The notes below the pieces were generated by a model. It was not told where the DNA came from. It did not search any database and saw only the letters and a program-made list of their open reading frames with translations. A program made the position numbers and the translations under genes. Of a DNA stretch of 64,000 bases, positions 52,790-64,000 are shown piece after piece. The stretch covers positions 25,048,001 through 25,112,000 of the forward strand of contig CM022672.1 of assembly GCA_012295275.1 (NCBI GenBank), written 5' to 3'. The stretch comes from Chrysomallon squamiferum (lineage: Eukaryota; Animalia; Mollusca). Numbering within the stretch: position 1 is the first letter of the stretch; every line of letters starts with the position of its first letter.

Positions 52790-52880
52790 GTAATAAATGC
52801 AAACTGTTATGCAGATGTGGTCAATAAAACAGCTAGTTTGATTGGTTCCGTAAACGAAAATTTTCGTTACGTCATCAAAC
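52790..52880 (+). promoter_or_regulatory. Candidate SOHLH proximal promoter motifs
   Basis: Octamer-like ATGCAAAC and ATGCAGAT, inverted CCAAT (GATTGG ~52840) and CRE-like TTACGTCA (~52867), 70-150 nt upstream of the ATG. Motif matches only. Confidence 0.35.
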
Positions 52881-52944
52881 AAATTATTTGACAGCTTGTA
52901 CTGAATACCGAAAGTTTTAGTAGATGTAATCATTTGTCACTGCT

Positions 52945-53840
52945 ATGTCAAGGAACAGTAACCAACAGGATAAAGCAGATGGGCGTGAAAAGTCGTTGGA
53001 AACTGTGCCGAAGGACCTTGGGGTCGGTTCTCTTCTGGACCCATCCACAGACGCCAACAAAGCCGAGGATAATTTGTGCAGAGATGGTTTGTTTTTGGAA
53101 GATGTGTACTATGCCCCGAATGCCGATACTTCACAAACGCTTAGCCCTGTCGAAAGTTGGGTGAGTACAGCTGACTATCACTGTTACATCCACAAACCGC
53201 ACGGCTAACACGAGCCAAGCAACTGTAAACACGTGCATGCTGTATATTTCTCAATGAGTATTTCATTTCGTGGACGCCATTATCCTGAGAGAGAAAAACA
53301 CACCTTTTCCACCATATTTATTATTTATCAGCTTTTTCGGTAGTTTATCGACTCTTGAACACTGATATACTAAGAAGAAGAAAATATACTATAACCTGTA
53401 TTGTGAAACACCACCTTTTAGAGTTTTTAATGTATTTAAAGTACAATGTGAACTAGAGATTTTGTTGGATACATGTGTTTGAATAATCGAAAACAGAAGG
53501 AGGTGGCAAAATAAGTCATTTAACGAAGCATTTTGCTGACGGAAACATCATAATTTAAAAACAAATAACAACAGAAAACATACATAATCTTGTTTCTTTA
53601 AAATATAGTTTATTACCTGGTGTTAATTTACAACGGGGACAACGAACAATCGTCTGTTGAGACCCTTAAAGAAAAACCTGTGTGGGTATGGACATTTAAC
53701 TTGGGGAAACTTCCGATTCTAGGACAGTTTTATATTTTATTTTAGAATTGTCAGCAGTAATGAGAGTTCAGGTTACTTTGGATATTATTATTTATTTATT
53801 TATATTTTTAAATTTATTTATTTATTATTAAATTTATTTA

Positions 53841-53872
<32 letters not shown>

Positions 53873-53879
53873 TTATTAC

Positions 53880-53910
<31 letters not shown>

Positions 53911-55131
53911 CTTCTTCTTCTTCTTCTTATTATTATTATTTTTTATTTTTATTTTTATTTTTATTTTTATTTTTATTTTTTTATTTTTTGTCGCTATCAA
54001 AGGCATAGCGTCACTTTCCTATCAAAGGGAAAGTCCCTTACGATTTGTAGCTACTGACAACGTAATGCTATATACTGGTGATGACGGGTTTTCACTCGTG
54101 TATAAAACGTTATATATGCAACACATTAATGTTACCTGAGGTGTCCTTTATACATCAGCTGTTCCACCCATGCACTTTTAATCCTTACCTTTAACAGCAA
54201 ACTTTTGATTTTATTATTGTTATTTATTTGTTTAATTTTAAATTTATTTATTTCAGAATTTCAGACTTATTTAATGTCGCTGAGTTACCAAAAATATTTT
54301 GTGATCGTTTTTGTTTCTCGTCGTTGCAGAATTAAGAATGCAGAGAAATTTCACCTTCATCTGAAAAAACAAAAACAAAATCGAAGCAGATAGCTAGTCA
54401 TTATTAAAACGGAAAGATCAGTTGATTAAAAGACAAACATGCACGCACACATTATTTATACACATACATTAATTTTGATTATATATATATATATATATTT
54501 TTTATTTATTTTATTTTTGTTTATTATTATTTTTATTATTGTAATTATTATTATTTTTATTATTGTAATTATTATTATTATTATTGTTATTATTATTATT
54601 TAAATATTTATTTATTTATTGTTTTATTTTTTTTTTTTTTTTTTGAAGGGATTCCCGATTTGTCTTTACTTATCACCCCTTTCTCTGAAAACTGATGCTT
54701 TCTTTCATATACAAACATCATTTCTGATTTATAATAATACTTTTAATGCCAATTCAGATGTAATTTTGTTAATAACTATGCTAATAATTATCGATGAATA
54801 AATGAGTATTTGTTCAGATATCTGAACAGGTTTTACAATTAACCCTTATTACACACGGGATATCGTTACCCACAGCAATAATCTTACACAATATTTTATA
54901 AATTTAGACAAATTTAGTATTTGCTACGGCTTTTAATTCGTTGTGGGAAATAGTTAAATGTGCCCACCAAGAATGACCAATCTCGAGTCTTAGGCATTCG
55001 CTGTTCTCGTTTTGGCCCTGAATACAATTTCAATCACGAATGTTGAAATCTGACCATATTTTCGAGGTGTTGGTCACCTGTATAGATTCTTTCTTTCATT
55101 TTTTTTTTTTTTTAATCCTTCTTTACTTGTA

Positions 55132-55183
<52 letters not shown>

Positions 55184-58100
55184 CAGTCTTGTTCTTTGAT
55201 CAGTTGCAGACTAAGATATAGAAAATGTATTCATTATTCTGTTTTATTCACATCTTCTAGTGTTTCCCCATTCTCACATTTTCCCTCTTCTTCTTCTTTT
55301 TTTTTTTTTTTTTTTTTTTTTTTGCCCACTGTATTTCGAATATATGATTAATGACAGGTGAAGCTATCCTACATTATTGATAAAATTAGTTTGCCAGACT
55401 AGTATAATATAATGCAGGAGAAACTGATCCAGATTTTGAAGCAAGTACAGACTTGTAACAATACTGTTAATAAAGTTTGTATAGTGCTGCTTGTGTCAAC
55501 TCTACAAAAGTACCTCTAACTGTTTTTTATTTCTAGCGTAAAGGAAGGAAATGTTTTATTTAATGAGACTCATCCCATTTTATTTACTTCCGTCAGACAT
55601 GCGATTAAGGACCACTCAGACAAACAAGAGGAGAAACCCGCTACCGCCACTTTATGGTTTAGTCTTTTCGATTAGCAGCGAGAGATATTTTATAAGCAGA
55701 CAGGATACCTTTGTTACGTCAGCTATGTAGCATTGGGTGGAACGAAAATTAGTTCACTTGGTCCCCCACCTATAGGAATCGATCCGACGACCCACAGCAG
55801 TTTGAGCAGACGCCTTACCATTTAGCTACTCCCCGTTCCTAATTCTAGTATAAGCACGTTTTGAAATGAAGATGTTATTATTAGTATTTATATTAGTATT
55901 GTTAACCTTGCTAGTACTATTTTATTTTTTATTAATAAAATTAATTACAAATAAATAAATAGATAAATAAATAAATCATATTTAACGATAAATTTACTTC
56001 TTTTAAGTGTGCAGTTAAAATGAAATTAAGAAATAATAAAATCAAGGAAGAGATGGCGTAAAAATAAGGCAAGTGAACGGACCAGTTCGAGTATCACGTG
56101 TATGCCGCCGGGCTTATGTCATCAAGCCTTCTGAATGTACATTATGCTAATGAACAGATATCTAAAAATGATTGTTTTTGATTAGTTTTCATCCTAATTT
56201 TTATTAGGCAATCATTATTCGTTCTGTATGGGTGCTTTTAAAAGGGTAACTCGACGATCAAGGGTGAGTGTGGTACTGCAGTACATGTGCTAAGTATAAT
56301 ACGACAGTTTGACAAAAATTGATTAAGAATTATTGTTACGTATTTAGTATTTCAGAATAATCGCAACAGATTCTCATATAATGATACTACTACTACTACT
56401 ACTACTACCACTACTACTATTACTACTACTACTGCTACTATACCTCCTCCTCCTCCAACTACTACTACTACTACTAACTATAATAATGTTTCTACAATTT
56501 TACCTATGAATCTATCGAGCTACATTTTTAAAAAGAAACATGCATAAATAATCAGTTTGTATTTTCTTTCAAAGATTTGGATCTGTTTTATTACTGTCCC
56601 ACTTAAAATACATTCCCTTTGCCTCTAATTAATGACTTGCTAGTATCGACTAACAAGAAGGTATCGTTAATCTGCCCCTTCCCATAGACAGGAGACCAGT
56701 GGCGAATATCTGTCATAAAACCTCATTGCTGTGATAGGGGCAAAAAAGGGGAGAAAAAAAAAAAAAAAAAAAAAAAAAGTAAAAAAGAAAGCTGCAAATA
56801 AAGGAAGTTGAATGGAATTGGACGACGTGGACAGTCAAAGTATTACGAATTTACTCACTGAAATTAAAATAGCAAGAAGGAAGAAATGTTTAATTTAACC
56901 GCATACTCGATCATTTGCACTCGTTACGGTCATATGGCTTCATTACATGTATATGGTTATGTTGACATGACTCGGTACCCTTTTCTTTTTGACTCATAAT
57001 CATTGTTTTTCTGGGTTGTTTTTTTTTTTGGTGGGGGGGGTTAACATGCGCCTTCCTTTAGATAGGAAATGAAATGCTGTAGAGCGTGATAAACCGGTCG
57101 TAGTGCATTTGCCTGAACGGGAAGCGAAGAAGATTGGTTCTGCAAAATACCAAGACGTCTTCGCATTAAATGTTTCTTAACAGTGTTGTTGTAATTACTG
57201 AAGCTCATAGATCTGTGACATCTACTACTATTACTCTGTCTTTGTGTAAAGTATATTCCAGATGTATATCAGCTAATACGTTGAAACGGTCCCAGCAGTC
57301 GCCTATGTTGCGAGCTATTATATCTATTTGTATCAGACTCGCCCCCGTTGTTCATATATACTTTTCGCATTCAACTTGCACTATTCTTACTACCATTATC
57401 ACTGCCATTTCAGCTGCCACTATTACTGCTGTTATATAGTATTGCCGCTTTACAAAATTGTATTTGAATTGCTAAACGCCTATTAATGTTTTGCTAAATA
57501 ATTAGCATTTTATAACATTTTAATAACACATTTTATCACAATCAAATATTATTTAATTATTTACATTTCAAAACTTTCCTGGCAAATTCTCAACACTTCG
57601 TGGCCCATAACGTCAGTCATAACAGCGGCCCTGTAACTGTTATTTGATTTCAACAACAACAACAACAACAACAACAACAACTACTGTTACTTTACTGCTA
57701 CTAGTATTACTACTACTTCTTCTGCTACTACTACTATTACTATTATTATTTCTTGTTATATTTATTATTTTATTTTTATTTTTTTTTTTGTGTGTGTGTG
57801 TGTGTGTGTGTGTTGTGTTTTAAAAACAAATATTTGGAAAGTATTATAAATTTAAAAAAAAAAAAATCGAAATGTTCGAAAAGATATTTCAGTTTATTTA
57901 ATAAATAACATTTTGGTCTTAATATTATTCCTAGATGCCTTTTTAAAATGCCATACTACTACTACTAATAATAATAATATGTTTAAAATACCTTTATGTT
58001 TTATGAAGTATTCTATGATTTACCATGATACTAATAAAATGAATTCTGTTATTAAGATTATTAATTATATTTTAATATTATAATCATATATTTGTACTGT

Positions 58101-61100
58101 TATACGGAAACAAATGAGCACCAACTGCACGTTCCAAGCGTGCTGTTTCTCTCCTGTTCCAAAATGGAAGTAAACGAGGTCATGTGAGATACACTAGAAT
58201 GTGACCATTTTCAGGTTCACGTGCACAGCTCGCGCTATCTGTTAAAAATAACACACTAGATCATTTGGTTAATGTGTACACGCTAGAATGTGATCATGTC
58301 GGGTTCACGTGCACAGCTCGTGCTGCTTGTTACACTAACAAAGCAGATGATTTGGTTAATATGCTTCAACTAAATGGTGATAAATTTAATGAATCTTTTT
58401 AAGAAGAAGACCCCTCGTTTAATTTACTTTAAAAAGGACTCAGTAATTGCAAATAAATTGATGTCAATTGCAGAAGCTTATAAGGATGGAGCAGGAACTT
58501 CAGGAAAGCGGAACGAAGATGGTATGATTTACGATGGATTTACTTTAAGATGAAATGTTTTTAATTGTAAATGTGAAAAACAACCTAAAAACAACAACAA
58601 ACAAATAAAGCAAAACAAAAAAACAAACAAAAAAAATTAAAAAAAAAATTCAACAACCGCAGAATCCTAACAAAAACAACAATCAAATAACAACAACAGA
58701 GCATCAGTTGCGAAACAGACTGAAACCATCGGTTGCGCACCAGCGAGTTCCTTACAGTTTAAAATTTAACAAATTAGTTCTAAAAATTCTGTCACATTAG
58801 AAAATCGTATATAAATATTGTATCTTTATCATAAAAATATTACATTTAAATTATATGTATTTTTAAAACTACATTTATCATGCTGAAATGAAACAGAATT
58901 TCCTTTTCAATTTTAAATTTTAAAATTTGTTTTTGCTTTGTCATCTTCCAGAATAATAGTACGTTAACTTATTTCTTTTCTGTTTGGTGGTGTTGTTGTA
59001 AACGTGCCAGCACACAACCACTCTGACGTAATGTGTGACCTTTTCATGTCAGTTGGTGGTAACTAGATTCATCGTTTAGGGACAAACAGATCGCATGGAA
59101 ACCCTTTTAATACGGTTCATTAACTAGCAGTCTTCATAAACAGGATTTCATGCTTTTGGAAAATGATATTAGATAAGATAAATACTATTTTAATTTGACC
59201 TCACTATTGACTAAGAGTTAAATAACCTGTTCGGGTGGTTTTACATTTCATGTCTCACATCTGACTACTGCCTAAAAGAAGAAAAAAAAAAGAGCAAACG
59301 ACAGACATCAGAGAGTCTAGACTTATGTCTTCATAATTAAATTAAATTTTCTGTTTTTTTTGTTTGTTTGTTTTTTACTTTCAGATTTGTTTCCATTTTC
59401 AGAATCCTTCAGGTTTATTTGTATTATTCAATTTTGTGATGAAACAAGAAATTATTCTGTTTTAGATTGTCTCTCTCCTTCTTTCCTCTCCTTTGATATT
59501 TCATGCATGCTTTTCTCAGAATACATGCAGAGACATGAATGCACATGCATGTACAGACATACACATACACATGTACAAACATATACAGACAACTGTTTGA
59601 CTTAGACTTGACTTGTGTTTTGTCTGCAGTAAGAACCTACCAGCATCCAACACACACAAACAACAACCAAAAAAAAAAAAAAAAGTCCCAAACAAGACAA
59701 ACAATAAAACAAATAAAAAACAATATACAGACAACTTACATAATAACATAAAAATGTGAACATAAACACCACATTATGTATTTCACTACACAAATAAATA
59801 CTTTTTTGGTTTTTTTGTACAGTCACAGCCTTCTGATTCCGAGTTGACATCACTGGTGGTGGGTGATGGTGCTGAAGCAGATGGTCTTGGAGACATCATA
59901 GGTGATGTGGTGGTTAACCACGATGTTCAAGTCTGCAACCATAGTGAGACTTATGATGTCTGTAATTCCAAGGTCTTTCAGATCATTTGGCTTAAAATGA
60001 AAATTCCCATCAACCCAGATATTCTCAGCCTCTCAACTTCAATCAGGTTTCTTTTTTTATTTTTAATACATTTTACTAGATAAGATTTAATTAATAATGA
60101 ATTAAATTTATTTTCATTTTTCTGTTTATCTTGATAATTTAATTTCTCTTTATATTTCAATATTAAGATATATTTCTTTATTAATGTTGAATTTAAAGAG
60201 CAATTTAAAGAGCAATCATTGGCAGTATTTCGCAATCAAAATTAAATAAAACATGACATTTGCCCTTAGCTGTGACTTAATGCAGCAAGCTTGAACAATA
60301 TCTTTCATTACATATTTATCATTTATAATGGTTTTTCAAAATGAATGAGTATTAATGACATTTCATATAAGATTAGTTATCAAATGTGAGCAATGTTCTG
60401 GATAATAATCATATTAAAGAGAAAACCAGATGTAGCTACTCATTGTGCCATTTTATCAATTAATATTGGAAGGGATCATTTGTATGCACTTTCACGTAGA
60501 AGGCACATACCACAGTCACTGATAAATAGAAGGTCATTGGCTTATTCTGCACATGTTCAGTAACTCAAGCCCTGTAGGTTATTGTTTTTACAAACATTGC
60601 AGATCAAAACCATCTTAATGAACACAAACAATTAAATCTTAAGATATTACAAAAATATCTTCATTTACGTGACAGCAAATAATAAATATTAAAAAGCATC
60701 ATTAGACCGAGAAATAAAATAAAAACAGAGGTTTTGCAAACTAGCATCTCTTTTGTGAAGCCTGTTATTAATAGACTTTCCTGTTTCAACCATTGTAACT
60801 CTGTGTAGACCCTGTCTAGGTGACAGGTCTCAGTGATCTGCTGTCTAGAGAGGGATAAAGACATTTTTAATGTAAATTCAGTGTATAGGGTGCAACATGA
60901 ATCCAGATATTATTCATTAATATTATTATTAAAGTCTGGTTTGACTTAAGTTAAATACAGGAGAATAGTCAACTGAATTATGGTATATGTACAGGATTTT
61001 AGGATAATGTACCTGTCATTTTTTTTATCTTCATCATCATTATTGTTATTATGAAATTGTGATGATGGTGATGATGATGATGACGTTACTTACTTCTAGT

Positions 61101-63869
61101 ATTTGTTTTTAATTTTTAATTTGTTTTCTTTTTAAATTTAAAAAAAACAAAAATTTAAAATTAAACTATGTTTCAGATATGCAAGCAAGTTGAATCGTGG
61201 CACAGTTATCATTGGAATCTCTGACAGCCCAGCTGATGGTAAGTGTTCATTCACACACATTAGGGAAAACATCTAAAGATTACTTTTTTGAGTTCTATAA
61301 ATGCAGATAATGGAAAGTTTTTAGTCAACAATCATCATAATAAAAACATAATAAAATACTCCTAATAAAAATCTAATAAAAATTCAATAAAATGCTAATA
61401 ATTAAAACAAGTCAGGAGGTTTGAAGAGCATGGAAAGGTTATAATCAGTTTGTGAGTTTTTCAAAAATCTTGAATTTAAAATTAAAATATTTTCAGTGGA
61501 ACTAAGATTACATGGAATAGATGAAGTGTTGGTTGAACCATTGACGAAAGCTGTTGTTCGTCAGAAGTACATGGAAAGAACCTCAGTCCAGCTTAAACCA
61601 GGTACAAAACCTTTATTTCAGTTACAACTGGTGTTATAATAATTGTTCCTAAAACTGAAAGATTTGTAGTCCTGAAAACCCCATGTAAAGATTTTAAAGG
61701 TAATGTTATATTAAATCTGAAAGATTTATAATGTTCTTTTTAATGGTACATAATGTTACAAACTGGAAGTTTAAATCTGATGATTTCAAGTAATTTGAAA
61801 TTGATTATTTATCTTTAACAAATCTGCTGATTTTTCTTGAAACTGTCTTAATGTATGAATCAGTTTTAATTTTGGTCAGCAATGACTGTAGATCTTTGTT
61901 TGACTGACACTGGGTTAGTCCTCTTTGAAAACCTTTTAGGTGATTTTCCACAGCAGGTATATTAACAGCTAAGCTGAGCATTTTCTGACTTATAGGAAGA
62001 TCATATTGATATTTAGTTTGGGTTATTGGTAGTTCATGGTGATTGTAGTACATTCACCTACAGAACAGTGACTTTTACTAAAGTCTAGTTTGAATGGTGT
62101 TACCAATCTTTTGATTGCTTCTGAACTTGTGACAGCCCAAACTTCACAACTGGTCTTCAAAAACCATGGATAACACTTGCGCATGTGAAGGTGCATATAA
62201 ATGGTCCTTTGTTGCTAATTAGAATAACCCATTCATATTTCAGCTATGTGTGTAGCTGCATATAACTCAAAAATTGTATTGTTAACTTTTCTTTATTTCC
62301 AGTATCTGAAGATTCTGAAATAATAGAAAATCCTTCAACTCCAACTGTACCTGGCTCTAGCATTAGCAGTGACTCTAGCAACACCAGTCTCAGGTATCTT
62401 GTCAGTTATTTGTTTCTGTTATTCAAGCTGGGATTGAGCAATTCTGCTCAGGCAGCATCCATATAAATTTTTACATAACCCTCAAACTTACATACATAAC
62501 TATGGATCCAACTAAATAAAACTGAAAAACTGTAGTTTATTTTAAGAAGATGTATAAAAGAATCACTTATGAATTTCAGTTTCTTAAGGTAATATAATTT
62601 ATGCTTTTTATCATTATTGTGCATAACACAAATGTTAAATCTTATTGAATTTTAATTTTTTTAATTTTGGATAATAAAGATGGCAGTGGAAGGATTGATG
62701 AATAGATGTGTGTGTGTGTTGTATGCAAATGTGTGCACACACTAATAATTCAATGATTATGGTAAGAACTTCTACACAAACTGAATGGGGAATGTGCAGT
62801 TGAAATGTTTTGTTAATTGTTGTAGTAGTCGATGTTCCACACCTTCTGATTGTAAAGGAACTTCAGCAGTCCAGCCTCCACCAGTTTCTGAGTCGGGGAA
62901 TATCATAGTGCCGACCCTGCGGTCATTTGACTTCCAGTCAATCAGTTTTCAACCCAGACCCCCACCTCAGAACATAGCAGCAGACCACACAACAAAGGAA
63001 AAAGTTAGGAGGTAAAAGCTTCTCTCTCAAGTTTTATAGCATGCTACTCTGAGGAATATAAATATTAAGATTTATATCACTAAACATTATTAATTACCTT
63101 ATAAAGAACTGATAACAAATACAAATTTTCATTTGTGTTCGTACTGGAGGTGTTCTTGCTATTATTTTATTAGCTCTATGTGTCTTTGATCTATAGTAAA
63201 TAAAAAAATAAAACATCCATTTTTATGTGAAACAGAATAATTCCACCTCGTATGTATATGACGTCTTGTCTAACATCATTTATGGTTTTGCTTTACTCAA
63301 CAGATGATTCTTTTTAAAAAAAAAAAGAAAATATTTAAAACAATGTATTTAACTTCAGTGTTTTAATCTTTTCACAACTGCTATTCTAGAGAGAGAATTA
63401 AAGACAGCTGTGATCAGCTCAGAGTGTTACTGCCATACATTCGTGGTCGAAAAACAGACATGGCATCCATTTTGGAAATGACTGTTGACTATCTGAAGAT
63501 AATAAACTCTGCATTACCTCAGGATTTTCAGACTCAAGTAAGTAATTACAACTATGCAAAACTGTTAAAAAATATTTACCTGACTGAAAATTTATCTTCA
63601 CTGGAAATGAAAAGTTATTATTGTAACAGCATAATTTACTATCTATAAAGATTAGATTTTGATTAACAACATTTGAAGTTATTTTTTTAATGTTTGAATT
63701 CCAGGTTATTAATATTCTTAGTAATGGGACAAGAGATGCTGCAAGTCCCACCAGAATGAAAACTGAGAATTCTCGGTCGTCCACTAAACGGAGTACCCGT
63801 CGCTCAGCCCAGCCTCCCGAGTCCCCATCAGTGACCCGAGTCACATCAACAGTGGAAGCAGGGTACTAA
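52945..63869 (+). CDS. SOHLH2: SOHLH2-like germline bHLH transcription factor (3' end may continue beyond the window)
   Basis: Phase-consistent exons 52945-53160, 58474-58521, 59823-60046, 61177-61238, 61497-61601, 62303-62393, 62826-63011, 63390-63537, 63705-63869. The bHLH HTTKEKVRRERIKDSCDQLRVLLPYIRGRKTDMASILEMTVDYLKII closely resembles the recalled SOHLH2 bHLH; the N-terminal LVVGD..HGIDEVLVEPLT also resembles SOHLH2. The first two exons are less certain. Confidence 0.85.
55540..55839 (-). mobile_element. Near full-length tRNA-derived SINE (Nin/Deu-type core)
   Basis: Minus strand head GGGGAGTAGCTAAATGGTAAGGCG (A box)..GGATCGATTCC (B box), core TATCCTGTCTG..GCTGCTAATCGAAAAGA..AAGTGGCGGTAGCGGGTTTC, tail AAATAAAACATTTCCTTCCTT. 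More decayed relatives at about 52110, 54000, 56640-56960, 60400-60520 and 62140-62230. Confidence 0.8.
58190..58365. repeat. Two-copy ~89-bp tandem repeat, each unit with a CACGTG E-box, in SOHLH intron 1
   Basis: ACrCTAGAATGTGAyCAT..GGTTCACGTGCACAGCTCGyGCT..AGAT.ATTTGGTTAAT occurs twice. Confidence 0.8.
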
Positions 63870-64000
63870 ATATCTAGTGTATAAAGTTGTAAAAAATAGT
63901 TCCATTTTGCAAAAAGATTTTAAAAAACAACCAAAAAACTTGTGAGTTCTAAAAAAAAATTTTAACATCTATTTCAAATCTTTTAGCTATTTTAAGCAAT

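Overview
AT-rich, intron- and microsatellite-rich animal genomic DNA. A tRNA-derived Nin/Deu-type SINE and the gene content suggest a lophotrochozoan, probably a mollusc (inference). Five spliced genes were reconstructed by hand: (1) a secreted (SUEL-lectin-like + CUB)x2 protein (minus, 496-9765) with an apparent 1-nt frameshift; (2) PRRC2/BAT2 (minus, CDS 13296-37804); (3) VHL (minus); (4) a sulfiredoxin whose catalytic Cys is replaced by Thr and which has a mitochondrial-presequence-like N-terminus (plus); (5) a SOHLH2-like bHLH factor with a receiver-like N-terminal domain (plus). The most striking hidden structure is in PRRC2 introns: about 13 U14 (SNORD14) box C/D snoRNA copies, 8 intact ones in a single 5.2-kb intron with covarying stems and decaying siblings, plus three SNORD110-like snoRNAs in other introns. 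PRRC2 also has an out-of-frame uORF overlapping its start codon. Nested transposon relics lie in intron 2 of the CUB gene. All calls were made by eye, without database searches.
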